64,000 nucleotides of DNA from Tubiluchus corallicola (lineage: Eukaryota; Animalia; Priapulida), in the NCBI GenBank assembly GCA_030141605.1, contig JAQGDQ010001009.1:6872-70871 (forward strand). The letters run 5' to 3'. The translations under genes were made by a program, and so were the position numbers. Positions 1 to 11,645 of the stretch are shown one piece after another (the first letter of the stretch is position 1; the number at the start of each line of letters is the position of its first letter). Below the pieces are notes generated by a model, which was not told the DNA's origin, ran no database searches, and saw only the letters and a program-made list of their open reading frames with translations.

Positions 1-1223
1 AAAAAGTAAGAACAGTGTTTCAAACAATTTGCATTCCATCTTACTCTATCAACATGTGTTGTCCTCTCATTGGCAAGTACGGCAGTAGTCATTGGCAAAT
101 TTGTTAAAAGTCACTTGTTAAATTTTTACGCGTCTCTTCCCTTCTCTTATTAGCAATAGAAATTTATGTTCTATTTGCTCTATTGTTTTTGCTCTATTGT
201 TTCCATGACTGTCATTGTCACAGCATTGTTGCTTGGTGAATTCATCACCGTTCCAAAATAAATTTAGAATACCAGACTGTTAACTATGCCTGCAGCATTC
301 GAACATGTGACACGCTGCGCCATCCAACGGCAGTCGAGTAAAAAAGCAATGTAGGTAAAAACGGCTTAGGAAAAAATGGTACAAATATAAACGTAGGTCA
401 AAATGACATCTTTAGTAAATATATGCTTAGGGCTAGGGTTATGGTGGTGGATAATTACATTTACCTCTGCCAATGAAGTTATACTTTAACACAGTTTGTT
501 TGTTTGTCTGTTTGATTGTTTTTTGTTTGTTATGGCAGTATAACGCAAAAAACAGATTTCCGAGAAAAGGCGGATATAGGGTCCTCAAATAAAAATCTTT
601 CTGCTGGTTCTTTTTTCCAAAAACTTGATCGAACAACACTTACAAAAAGCATTCGTGAAGAAACGTTGTGAAGATCTCAGGGGAGTGTTTAGTAGATCTT
701 TTGTTATGTTCACCTGGTCAGACAACCACGAGTAGTTCCAGTTCCATTTCGAGAAATTGCCACTTGGAAACTGTGTATCGCTGTCTATAATTTTTGCTTG
801 TTAATGTGCATATAGCCTTATAAGGTGATTTGATATGTAAATACGTATATTTGTCAGTCTGTTACTATCACCAAAATTAATGGTTAATATATATATATAT
901 ATAATAATCTTTATTTGCCATTAAAAACATTGATAATCACTGATAAAAACTTTATAGAGATAATCAATCAGTGTTAAAAAAGTAGATAAACAATATGTGG
1001 AACATTCGTACATTATTGATTGTAAGTTTATTTTGCCAATCTTTTGTTAGTCTGTATAATACCAATACAGGTACATTTTTCCATGTTTGCTTGTTCACAT
1101 TCGTGTTAATTTTTTTAATAAAAAAATTAGACGAATAAATTTAGAATTTTGGCTTTTGCAGTCTGCTTTTTACTGAGCGCATTCTAATTTTATTATAAAA
1201 ATCAATTTCATCAAAATAACATG

Positions 1224-2257
1224 AGTGCCAATTTCTACTGCTTTCCATGTGTGTCATTTTTCCCTGCACCATTTTCCCTGCATCGTTTTCCCTGCACCAT
1301 TTTTCCCTGCACCATTTTGCCTGCACCATTTTTCCCTGCACCATTTTTCCTGTGCCATTTTTCTTGTACCATTTTTCTTTATGCCATTTTCCCCTGCACC
1401 ATTTTCCCCTGTACCATTTTTCCCTGCGCCGATTTTCCCTGTGCCATTTTTTCCTGCACCATTTTTCTCTGTGCCAATTTTCCCTGTACCATTTTTCCCA
1501 GTACGATTTTCCTATGACAATTTTCCCTGCACTATTCTTCCCAGTGCCAATTTTCACTGCACCATTTTTTCCTTTGCCATTTTCCCCTACACCATTTTCC
1601 CGGCACTATTTGTCCCTGCACCATTTTTCCCTGCACCATTTTTCTCTGCGCCATTTTTCCCTGTGCAATTTTTCCCTGCACCATTTTTTCCTGTGCCGAT
1701 ATTCCCTGTACCATTTTTCCCAGTACAATTTTCCTATGCCAATTTTCCCTGCACTATTCTTCTCAGTGCCAATTTTCACTGCACCATTTTTTCCTTTGCC
1801 ATTTTCCCTACACCATTTTTCCCGGCACTATTTTTCCCTGCACCATTTTTTCCTTTGCAATTTTTCCCTACACCATTTTCCCGGCACTATTTGTCCCTGC
1901 ACCATTTTTCCCTGCGCCATTTTTCTCTGCGTCATTTTTCCCTGTGCCATTTTTCCCTGCACCATTTTTCCCTGTGCCAATTTTCCCTGTAACATTTTTC
2001 CCAGTACCATGTTCCCTTGCCAATTTTCCCTGCACTATTCTTCCCAGTGCCAATTTTCACTTCACCATTTTTTCCTTTGCCATTTTCCCTACACCATTTT
2101 TCCTGGCACTATTTTTTTCTGCACCATTTTTCCCTGCACCATTTTTCCCTGTACCATTTTTCCCAGTACCATTTTCCCATGCCAATTTTCCCTGCACTAT
2201 TCTTCCCAGTGCCATTTCCCCCTACACCATTTTTCCCGGCACTATTTTTCCCTGCAC
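1224..2257. repeat. Degenerate ~15-bp tandem array (TGCACCATTTTTCCC) with higher-order blocks
   Basis: Dozens of diverged tgcaccatttttccc units; the block cactattcttcccagtgccaattttcac recurs at ~1530, 1752, 2033 and 2196. A complementary-strand A-rich version (aaaaatggtacaaat) and ttagggctagggtt lie at ~340-440, suggesting one non-autonomous element spanning ~340-2260 (inference). Confidence 0.85.
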
Positions 2258-2266
2258 TAAAATTTT

Positions 2267-2885
2267 AGCCAGTTCTTACTTTTTGCAATTTTGAGATTCA
2301 GCTTAGGTTGGTGGTACACATCCATGGAATTGTCAGGAGGCACGCCACCTCGAAAAGCATGTCGTAATTCACCGAGTACGTCATATGAATTAACAGTTTC
2401 GGAAGTATTCTTTCAGACAGGAAACAGAATACGTTTGGGGATTCGTGACTACAAAGATGGATCTTCCATTTACTATGGACTTGCTGTCCTTAGAACAATA
2501 AACGGTATCCGCACTGACGCCTCCTTGTTTATGACAGGACATGACAACCCGGGGAATGAAGTATCACCGGGTCCTTATTTAAAGTACACGCGTCGTGGAA
2601 CAATTGGTGATTATCTGTTATCCAAAAAAAAGAAATCAACTTCAACAGGAAAAACCCAAACTTTTACTGAAGTTTAGATGCCTGGGCTGCTTTAAAGGGA
2701 GGGGCTTCTGGGGAACGAACTATCAATGTAACCCCAGTGATAAAAGCAGGTTCAGTGACTTCACTCTTACCCTCGTAATAAAGCCTATAGACCATTATGA
2801 TCCTGTATCAGACTCCCCTGCAATGTATCTTCCTGAAGACGCTCTAATTGGCTCACAATTGTGGAAATTTCATGCCGAAGACTCA
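2267..2885 (+). pseudogene. Frameshifted fragment of a secreted/cell-surface protein ending in a cadherin-repeat start
   Basis: Hydrophobic lead-in SQFLLFAILRFSLG. Two overlapping ORFs (2291-2677, 2595-2918) join by removing one A in the run at ~2624-2631. The C-terminal LTLVIKPIDHYDPVSDSPAMYLPEDALIGSQLWKFHAEDS resembles the cadherin DxNDxxP...PE...G...AxDxD pattern. Cut off by a 28-bp satellite. Confidence 0.55.
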
Positions 2886-2953
2886 ACTCTGCATGGTCCT
2901 ACTAGATACCCCTACTAGGAATGGTCCTACTAGATACCCCAACTCTGCATGGT
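2886..2953. repeat. Short copy of the 28-bp CATGGTCCTACTAGATACCCC satellite
   Basis: About 2.5 units, same family as 35691-36304. Confidence 0.85.
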
Positions 2954-3279
2954 ACGCCCCGTAGAGGTACCTATGAGAAACTGATTCAGTTTCTAAACTA
3001 CTAACATCTGTGTACTACTACCTCACCGCTCGGCTAGGAGTACTAGGTTGGGAATTGTTGAAGTAAATCTGATTTAAATAAAGAACAGAAAGCCAACAAG
3101 TAAAACCCGGCGTCACACCCACTAAAGGTGGTCCACGTAACCGAGGCAGCAAATTTGAAGTACACTTGGTCATTGCAACGCCAACTTATTTTATCCCTTC
3201 GTATTTTTATTAGCATTTTGTAAAGAGTTAATTAAGCTTGTAATGTAAGCATTTTTAAACTAAACATAGTGCTCGCCAT

Positions 3280-3291
3280 AACAACAACAAC

Positions 3292-3351
<60 letters not shown>
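3280..3351. repeat. (AAC)n(AAT)n microsatellite, left flank of the LTR element
   Basis: Seen directly. Confidence 0.95.
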
Positions 3352-3869
3352 TGTGGATGCGCCCAGTCCAGGCAATAAAACGGCAAAAATCTGTATTGAA
3401 CTGTGCGATAGACCTGCAATTTATTAAACTACAGGATTACAAAAGGTGCTTTGGAATGTGCAAAAGCTTATTACCATTTAGACAAAAAGTTTTAAGAAGT
3501 TTTAAGAAGACTGAAACAAATTATTACTTTATGACTCTATGAAGCAATTTTAACCAATTTAAACGTTTAACTAATTATAAAGGTAAATGTGACTTACATT
3601 TACTGGTGACTTGGCTTGAAAATGCAACTAGTTAATAGACAAAAACAATGAAATTATCACAAAACGGAATGAACAGTATAGCGGCAACAGAAAGTGTGAC
3701 TACGTATAGAAACAAGTTTGATTGATAGGTGGCGTGCACTACTAAAAGCGTAAGTCACATGACTAAGGCTGGCTTCCTTTTTAAACAGTTTTGCATATGC
3801 ATATTTGTAAATTTGTAAAAAGAAAACAAATAATGATAGAATTTTTTATTGAATTGCTTGACACCAACA
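3352..3869 (-). repeat. 3' LTR
   Basis: tgtggatg...caccaaca; about 11 substitutions versus the 9775-10292 copy by manual comparison. Confidence 0.95.
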
Positions 3870-3881
3870 TCTGGCTCCCCC
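3870..3881 (-). other. Polypurine tract
   Basis: Minus strand reads gggggagccaga immediately before TGTTGG of the 3' LTR. Confidence 0.8.
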
Positions 3882-3892
3882 AAAATGTCTTC

Positions 3893-6800
3893 TTAAGAAT
3901 TTTGACAAGTGGCTCCCTCGACGGGAATTGAACCTTCATCATTCTCCACAAGTAGAACTAGTTTGGAGATCGGTCTGTCAAGTTCTGTATCCTGTGTTTT
4001 GACTCTCACGCTCCGGACTTGATCCTGACAGTCTAGATAGGTCCTAATAACGCGACATAATTTCCAAACGTTTCTAGGTTGATTGACATCCATGATGAGG
4101 CAAATGTCACCGATCTTCAGTGAGCGCTTGTGATGAAGCCATTTGGATCTCGACTGCAGGCTTTGCAAATATTCTCTCTTCCATCGAGTCCAGAATTGCT
4201 CAGTCAGATACTGGGCTCTTCTCCATTGCTTGCGACAGTACAGGTCCGGTCGCTGGAAGTTTCCTGGTGGAGGAAGAACCACTCTTGTTTTCCCAGTCAA
4301 AATAGAATTGGGGGATAAAGGCAAAAGTCCCTGGTCGCTCAGTGCTTCAACTGTAATTGGTCGACGATTCATGACTGCCTCTACTTCTATCAACAGTGTC
4401 CTAAGAGATTCATCTGTGAGAAGTGCAGAATTCTCTTGTAGCAAGGCTTCAAGAATGCGTCTCGAGGCTCCAATCAAACGTTCCCATGCGCCTACATGGT
4501 GGCTGGCTGATGGCACATTGAATTTCCAATCTGCTCCATGCTGCAACAGATAATTGCGAATTTTTTCGTTGTCCATCTCTTTGAAGCATTCCTTTGTCTC
4601 AGTTATGGTTCCCACAAAGTTGGTACCGCAATCACTTCGCATTTGCCTAACTGGACCTCTGCTGGCAAGGAAGCGAAGTAGTGCCATAATGAAGGCATCT
4701 GTGTTTAGTGATGCAGCTAACTCTAAATGGACAGCTCTGCTTACCAAGCAGGTAAAAATGATGCCGTAGCGTTTTAGAGTCTTACGGCCTTCTCGAACAA
4801 AAAACGGTCCAAACGCATCCGTGGCACAATATGTAAATGGCGGTGATGGCGTGAGACGATCGACTGGCAGGACCGACATCTTTTGCTCTTCATGTGGGCG
4901 GCGTAACTTACGGCAAGTAATGCAGTTTCTGATGACGTTGCGTACATTTGAACTGAGATTGATTATCCATAATCCTGCAGTTCGAATCGCGTTCATGGTT
5001 AGACCACGTCCAGAGTGATGTACAATCTTTTCGTGAAACCATCTGATAATTAGCTTCGAAGTTGCTGTTTTAGGTGGAATTATGACCGGATGCTTCTCGC
5101 CAAATGTCAAATCAGATTGCTGTATTCTTCCACCAACTCGCATTACTCCTAGTTTGTCCACGAATGGGCTCAACGGTTTACAGTTTCTTTTAAAGGTTTC
5201 ACCATTTCTCGACTGAAGAAGAAGGTATAACATATTCTCTGCGGCCAGTAATGAATCCACAGAAAATTGTCCATTCATTTCTACGTCATTCACTAAGGAG
5301 CTGGTAGCCGGCTTTGCAGTGGAAAACTTCGATCTGAATACATTGCAAGCTCGCATAACTGTTGCAAGTGTTCTCTTCATCTTGTACCACGAAGAACAGC
5401 GTGATTCTAAAGTGTCAATAAGCCTGGTAGAGTCATGTGATGCAGCGCCAATTGTCCTGACTGATTTCAATTCGGGATCGGTCTCTGCAATTCTAAATGA
5501 CTGCATGCCAGTTTTCTTCCAAAATTCATCTTCGGCATAAAGCATTTTCGGTCCACGAAACCAAATATCGTTGTTGATAAACTGTTCTACTTGCTGACCT
5601 CGCGAAGCCACGTCACTCGGGTTTGATTTAGTATCAATATAGTGCCAATGCGTCGGGTTCGATTTGTCTAGAATCTGCTGCACTCTGTTGGCGACGAAAA
5701 TCTTAAACCTCCTTGTTTGGTTTGCTATATAGCTCAACACTACTTTGGAATCGCTCCAATAATAATGCTGCGCGTTTTCATAGTCCAGCTCGTGGTCCAA
5801 CATACTGGCAGTGTTCACTGATAATACTGCAGCGGTGAGTTCGAGTCTAGGCATGGTCACATGCTTGACAGGTGTGACACTAGCTTTACCTTGAGTTAAG
5901 CTACAGTGTATCTGGTTGGTGCTATCAACAAGCCTTAGGTATGAACATGTACCATATCCGACCTCGCTTGCATCAGAAAAGTGATGCATCTGGATGTCCT
6001 GTATTTCACCAAAGTCATCTGGGTGAAAACAGCGAGGAATTCGCAACTGCTCTATTAAAGGCAAGCTTCGTCTCCAGATTTCCCAGCGTTGTCTAACATT
6101 GTCATCCCAACCAAGACGATCACGCGTGAGCTCTTGCAGTATAATCTTTCCTATCAACAGGGCAGGTGAAATAAGGCCCATTACGTCATAAATGCTGTGG
6201 ATCGTTGAAAGTATGCCTCGTCGAGTCAAGGGTGTGTCATTCAGCTGTATGCGGAAACCAAAGGCGTCGTTTTGTATATACCATGACACGCCTAGGGCAT
6301 ACTCTATCTGTTCCTTGTAAGCGGTGATCGTTTTGCTTTCCTGGTTCGCACGATCTTCAATCGGAATGGCGGCTATGACCTCTGATTTCTTAGCAACAAA
6401 CTGTGTTAATCTAAAATTTCCTTTCTGACAGAGATCCTTTAACTGTGTCGCTATAGCAGTGGCATCATGAGTTGTAGAAGCAGATTTACAACAGTCGTCC
6501 ACGTAGAAATTAAACAAAATTGTTTGAGTCACATCACGTGGGAAGGCAGTAACATTGTCTTTAGCTGTCTGCTGTAATGCGAAATTAGCACATCCTCCTG
6601 ATGATACTGCCCCGAACAAGTGGACTAGCATTCGGTAGTCACGCGGCGGATTTTTTGGATCACCCTGGTCCCACCATAAAAATCTTACGTAGTCTGCTTG
6701 GTGGCGTGGAATTGCAACCCTGTAGTACATCGATTGTATGTCGGCCATGAAAGCTGCTGGTCCTTGTCTAAAACGGCACAAGACTCCCAATAATGAGTTG

Positions 6801-8230
6801 GTTAAATTTGGCGCTTGCAAAAGTTCGTTGTTCAAGGAAGTTCCCATGAACACGGCGCTGCAGTTAAACACCACTCTGATTTTCTTCTTGCGCTTATGGT
6901 AAACTGGGTGGTGGGGTATGTACCACACTTTTCCTGCATCTGGGTACGGCTCTGAGGGTGGCACCTTTTCGGCATATCCGTTTTCTAGCATCTTATTCAT
7001 GAACGCTGTATATTCGTTTCTCAGCTCTTCAGCCTGAAACCTTTTGGCTAAGCTGCGCATGCGTTGTTCAGCTTGTACCCTGTTATTTGGCATAACTGGA
7101 TTATCCTTCTTGAATGGCAACGGCACAACATATTTTCCATTCTTGTAACAAGTCTGCGCAGTAACCTTGCTCATGAAAAGCTTTTCCTCTTGAGAATCAC
7201 CATAACCATTAGCGTCAGTTGCATTCTGAACGGCGGTAGGGATGCTAAACTGACAAGACGAAATTTCTTCGGTGGCGGCATCTGTGCATATCACCCGGCT
7301 ATAGCTGGATCTAAGACCTTCGCGTGACGCTTTACCAATTACGCCCTGTACCGTCCAGCCTAAACGCGTAAGAACAGCATAACAATTAAAATCTGGGTGG
7401 CTAATGACTTGCAGAGGCTCCATTGCCTTTGGTGTGTTCATGCCTAGTAGTAAACCAACTTCAACATTGTGCATTATAGGATGGAGTGATTCCGGTATGT
7501 CACTCAAATGCCTCAATTCTTCCACTTTGTTAGGATCTGGTATCTCGTTTCTATCTGCAGAAATTAACTCTTTCGTAAACAAACGTGACAACTCAATGAC
7601 GTTGCTACCATTCAAGCGCGAAACGCATAAACCATCAATTCCTTGTGATTTAATTAAATGAGTCCCATTAAGTGTGCGTAGGCGGATGTCAGTATACTGC
7701 CCGGTAGCCCCTAATTCTTCAGCTAGCTCTTCTGAAATGAAGCCGTCATTACTACCTGGGTCTAAGAAGCAGTAGGCTACGCGGCTATTATGAACGTTAT
7801 CTTTGTGAAAGATCTTAACTGGGACTATTGCCATTGAAACTACGCTGTCGGCTGAAGTTACGTCACTTGTGTTTACGCGAGAAAATGACACAGTCGAAGT
7901 TGATTGATGTTGATTTGTAGGCTTAGCTTCACGTATTGCATCCGTTTGTGACTGTGAACTATCACTGCTTACACCTGACTGTGATTGCGTGTCGATATGA
8001 AGCACTGTGGGATGAGTGCGTTTGCATATATCACAATGTTTCTTAGATCTACAATCCTTATACGCATGAAAAGTCCCATTCAAGCATCCAAAATAAATTT
8101 TATTGTCTTTGACAAACTTTCTTTTGGCATCGTAGGAAAGCTGACTGAACTCTTTGCATTTATCTAAACGATGATTAGTAGCTGAACAATAGAAACAAGG
8201 CCTTTGTTTTAGAGTTTGACCCTTTGACAT
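3893..8230 (-). CDS. pol: BEL/Pao Gag-C-terminus/Pol polyprotein (Zn knuckles, aspartic protease, RT, RNase H, integrase)
   Basis: CFYCSATNHRLDKC, CDICKRTHPTVLH; FLDPGS protease; FMADIQSMY and FYVDD RT; HHFSDASEVGYG and WSDSKVVL RNase H; HHSG...CITC, TDAFGP, SDCGTNF, GAWERLI integrase. Confidence 0.95.
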   Translation of the reverse strand: MSKGQTLKQRPCFYCSATNHRLDKCKEFSQLSYDAKRKFVKDNKIYFGCLNGTFHAYKDCRSKKHCDICKRTHPTVLHIDTQSQSGVSSDSSQSQTDAIREAKPTNQHQSTSTVSFSRVNTSDVTSADSVVSMAIVPVKIFHKDNVHNSRVAYCFLDPGSNDGFISEELAEELGATGQYTDIRLRTLNGTHLIKSQGIDGLCVSRLNGSNVIELSRLFTKELISADRNEIPDPNKVEELRHLSDIPESLHPIMHNVEVGLLLGMNTPKAMEPLQVISHPDFNCYAVLTRLGWTVQGVIGKASREGLRSSYSRVICTDAATEEISSCQFSIPTAVQNATDANGYGDSQEEKLFMSKVTAQTCYKNGKYVVPLPFKKDNPVMPNNRVQAEQRMRSLAKRFQAEELRNEYTAFMNKMLENGYAEKVPPSEPYPDAGKVWYIPHHPVYHKRKKKIRVVFNCSAVFMGTSLNNELLQAPNLTNSLLGVLCRFRQGPAAFMADIQSMYYRVAIPRHQADYVRFLWWDQGDPKNPPRDYRMLVHLFGAVSSGGCANFALQQTAKDNVTAFPRDVTQTILFNFYVDDCCKSASTTHDATAIATQLKDLCQKGNFRLTQFVAKKSEVIAAIPIEDRANQESKTITAYKEQIEYALGVSWYIQNDAFGFRIQLNDTPLTRRGILSTIHSIYDVMGLISPALLIGKIILQELTRDRLGWDDNVRQRWEIWRRSLPLIEQLRIPRCFHPDDFGEIQDIQMHHFSDASEVGYGTCSYLRLVDSTNQIHCSLTQGKASVTPVKHVTMPRLELTAAVLSVNTASMLDHELDYENAQHYYWSDSKVVLSYIANQTRRFKIFVANRVQQILDKSNPTHWHYIDTKSNPSDVASRGQQVEQFINNDIWFRGPKMLYAEDEFWKKTGMQSFRIAETDPELKSVRTIGAASHDSTRLIDTLESRCSSWYKMKRTLATVMRACNVFRSKFSTAKPATSSLVNDVEMNGQFSVDSLLAAENMLYLLLQSRNGETFKRNCKPLSPFVDKLGVMRVGGRIQQSDLTFGEKHPVIIPPKTATSKLIIRWFHEKIVHHSGRGLTMNAIRTAGLWIINLSSNVRNVIRNCITCRKLRRPHEEQKMSVLPVDRLTPSPPFTYCATDAFGPFFVREGRKTLKRYGIIFTCLVSRAVHLELAASLNTDAFIMALLRFLASRGPVRQMRSDCGTNFVGTITETKECFKEMDNEKIRNYLLQHGADWKFNVPSASHHVGAWERLIGASRRILEALLQENSALLTDESLRTLLIEVEAVMNRRPITVEALSDQGLLPLSPNSILTGKTRVVLPPPGNFQRPDLYCRKQWRRAQYLTEQFWTRWKREYLQSLQSRSKWLHHKRSLKIGDICLIMDVNQPRNVWKLCRVIRTYLDCQDQVRSVRVKTQDTELDRPISKLVLLVENDEGSIPVEGATCQNS

Positions 8231-9744
8231 ATTCTTAGAGTCAATAGCGAATGATGACGATTTGCGACTGCCACCTCTGGAAGTCTCAATGTATGCTCTT
8301 CCCCTTTATCTGTAGATTTTGCCATAGCTTGTCGGCTAAGAATAGGATGAGATAAACTTTTCGTCCCATCACTGATATGTTTAACTACCTCGGTGAATTT
8401 CGGCGGTCTACCTTAACGCTTTTCTATTTTCTGCGCATGCTCAAGAACTTGATCTTGCATACGATAGGGTAGCTTAGAACAAACTAATTGTATAGTACGC
8501 GGGTCATCTAGCGATAACAAATATGCATTATCATGCATAGATGCTCCACAGTTGTTCAGAAAAGCAGAAAACTCTTCAACTGAATCGACGTCATCCATTT
8601 TTGTGATAGGCTTCCAAGATCTCAATTTAGTTTTAAATGCTGCGGCAGCGACTGACGAATTCCCGTATTTAGCGTGCAATGCGGCAACGGCATGATCGTA
8701 CGGCTTCCTATTATTCTCTGATGCTTCAATTAATGTCTGTGCCTTTCCTTCAGTGTACTGAACCAAATATCTGTACAACTGTAACTGATCGGTTATGCAA
8801 GTTTCAAATGTCTGTTTAAAAACTGTGATAAAGGCGTTATATTTTGTTACGTCATTCCCATTAAATTTCACCAATTCAGGCGGCGGTAATTTTTGCAAAC
8901 TGACTATCTGATTAAGACATTTCGCTTGATCTAGAAAAGCTTTAGCAATTAACTCGTTGCTCTGCTGTGGTCTTGGATCCTGGACAGCAGCAGATTGACG
9001 TTGCGGTGAATATGGACGATTGCCAAGTGACCTATTCGACTGGAGCGACCGGTCTGAACCGACTGACTGACCGTCTGACTTATCATCCTCATCAATGTCG
9101 TCTTCCATTTCTGCAGACAAGAGGCTTTTGCGTAACTTGACCTCATTTAATGCTCGCTTATTTTCAATTTCGTTTAATTCTTGCTGAATTTTAGCTTCAG
9201 CCATGCGCCTTTTGATTTTGGCTTCCTCGTCATTTAATTCTAGGGCTTTCTCAATGTATGCTTGTGAGCGACGGCTAACGTTACTAACGCGAGATATAAC
9301 TGAATTGGCAGGTGACCTTTGCTGAGTTTTAGTTACAGGTGCAAGGCTAATATCTTCTTGACTAATCGGCCTACTATCCCCGGCAAACGAATATGCATTA
9401 AACGGCTTAATATCTCGTGGTCGATGGCTACTGTAGTCCGGCATTCTTTGCGATTGCTCTCATGAGATGTCTACTAACGTGCGCTGCTGTAAGTCCGCAA
9501 CAGGTAGTTGTTGACCTTGACCATCAGGTGTCTGGGATTCGCTTATCGGCTCAGGTAAATCGTCTATCATGGCGTCGCTTGTTCTCTCGGCTTCATGGCG
9601 GGCGTCTCTCGCGTCCTTCAGCATCCTGGCGATGAGTTGGTCCTTAGTGCCCTCCTCTGGTAGTCCATAGTCTATACATAAGTTTTTCAAATCGGCTTTG
9701 TGCATCTTACGTAGGTTGCCCTCCGTGAGTGCTAATTGAGCCAT
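8231..9744 (-). pseudogene. gag: BEL Gag with N-terminal SAP-like motif; interrupted by two in-frame stops and a frameshift
   Basis: ATG at 9744. ORFs 9460-9816 and 8413-9444 are in one frame, split by TGA (9460-9462). TAA at 8413-8415 is followed in frame by GRPPKFTEVVKHI. Frameshift into the pol frame near 8300. LPPPELVKFNG...YLVQYTEGKAQTLIE...YG is typical BEL Gag (DUF1759-like). Confidence 0.88.
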
Positions 9745-9774
9745 CTCTACACCCCTAGCAGTAAATGTCCATGA

Positions 9775-10292
9775 TGTGGATGCGCCCAGTCCAGGCAATA
9801 AAACGGCAAAAATCAATGTTGAACTGTGCGATAGACCTGCAATTTATTAAACTACAGGATTACAAAAGGTGCTTTGGAATGTGCAAAAGCTTATTACCAT
9901 TTAGACAAAAAGTTTTAAGAAGTTTTAAGAAGACTGAAACAAATTATTACTTTATGACTCTATGAAGCAATTTTAACCAATTTAAACGTTTAACTAATTA
10001 TAAAGGTAGATGTGACTTACATTAACAGGTGACTTGGCTTGAAAATGCAACTAGTTAATAGACAAAAACAATGAAAGTATCACAAAACGGAACGAACAGT
10101 ATAGCGGCAACAGAAAGTGTGACTACGTATAGAAACAAGTTTGATTGATAGGTGGCGTGCACTACTAAAAGCGCAAGTCACATGACTAAGGCTGGCTTCC
10201 CTTTTAAACAGTTTTGCATATGCATATTTGTAAATTTGTAAAAAGAAAACAAATAATGATAGAATTTTTGATTGAATTGCTTGACACCAACA
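9775..10292 (-). repeat. 5' LTR
   Basis: Direct repeat of 3352-3869. Confidence 0.95.
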
Positions 10293-10471
<179 letters not shown>

Positions 10472-10479
10472 CCAGGGAT

Positions 10480-10675
10480 AGCACGTTAAGCAACTCAATA
10501 CTTATTTGCGTAGCGATTGCTAATATGATTTAACCCACGTTATTTCGATAAACTCATGTGCTTGGAAGAAGAGCCAATAGTACCATTCTTTAAGTCTTTG
10601 GTATGACTCAGTCGGTAGATCAATTCCCGATTATCTGGGAGGGAAGCGAGTACTACCATTGAGCTATATCATCCG
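10480..10675 (-). mobile_element. tRNA-derived SINE relic
   Basis: Minus strand: A-box-like tagctcaatggtag, degenerate B-box, then gagtcataccaaagacttaaagaatggtac. A related head is at ~57345-57425. Confidence 0.55.
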
Positions 10676-11287
10676 TTTCGGTGATGATTATTATCATAAT
10701 TATGACTTGAATTTTCGTTTCATGTACGAAAAACCATAACAAAAATTAATATGCTATATCATAGCTATATATATATAATATGTGATAAGGTATAAAGAAA
10801 CAGGAAGATATATATATATATATATATATCTGTGTATATGGGATGTCTCAAAAGTCACTATACGCTTTGACTTTTAATTTTCCTTTTTTTAAATTTTTCT
10901 CCAATCTCGGCAACCTCTTACACGAGCGTACTACCATTGAACTGCGTCAGCCAGACTAACTAATCTACGCCCTTATAAATACTAGCTGTCTTTGTCCACG
11001 TATATAGATTGTGATAAGATATGAAGGAATTCAGATAGCTAAGATTGATCTGCAAGAGCAGCGATAACCGAACGAACGGACTGACTTAGACTGAGTTTTT
11101 CACATAACTTCTTCCGGCCACATATGCAAAATTACACAAACTTTTAAAACTAGGTCTTTCATACCTATAACACATGCAACGTATATGTACATTGTAATAC
11201 TTCACCATGGATATGTGTCTGTATAGATTTCGTAATGGAAAGATATGTAAGCATCATCGGCGTATATAGAGATTAAAACATCACAGC

Positions 11288-11380
11288 ATGATACAGAATT
11301 ACCACATAAATGATACAAAATTATCACGTAAATGATACAGAATTACCACGTAAATGATACAGAATTACCACGTAAATGAT
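11288..11380. repeat. 22-bp tandem repeat, ~4 copies
   Basis: atgatacagaattaccacgtaa. Confidence 0.85.
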
Positions 11381-11574
11381 GCTTTCTTAAGGCTAAGCAA
11401 ATTTAAAGTTTTGAAAAACATCTGTTTCAGTCAAATCTCTTTTATTAACAAATTTCTATTTCGTCACAATGCATTTAGTTGCTGATGTATCAAAAAATGC
11501 TTTGAGCAACAATATTATTCTTTCAAAAAATTGTAATAAACAAAATTTGTACCAGGAAAATTAACCGTGCCAGG

Positions 11575-11645
11575 AAGATTAAACGCAGAAGGCTTAAATA
11601 GGTGGATCATGCTCTGAGATTACCAGAAGATAGTCCGCTTCCTAA
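11575..11645 (+). mobile_element. RTE-like LINE C-terminal relic
   Basis: Translates KIKRRRLK*VDHALRLPEDSP (RRLxWxGHxxR-type motif). A minus-strand ISIYADD RT relic lies nearby at ~11250-11278. Confidence 0.5.

Larger units (their letters stand above)
3352..10292 (-). mobile_element. Full-length BEL/Pao LTR retrotransposon (degenerate copy)
   Basis: Paired 518-bp TG...CA LTRs, a polypurine tract, BEL-type Gag, three Cys/His knuckles, then protease-RT-RNaseH-integrase order. Confidence 0.97.

Noticed and set aside
427-441. Telomeric repeat
   Set aside because: Only ~2 imperfect TTAGGG units, probably internal to a repeat element
1141-2294. Many overlapping Phe/Pro/Cys/His-rich ORFs
   Set aside because: All are translations of the 15-bp array on both strands
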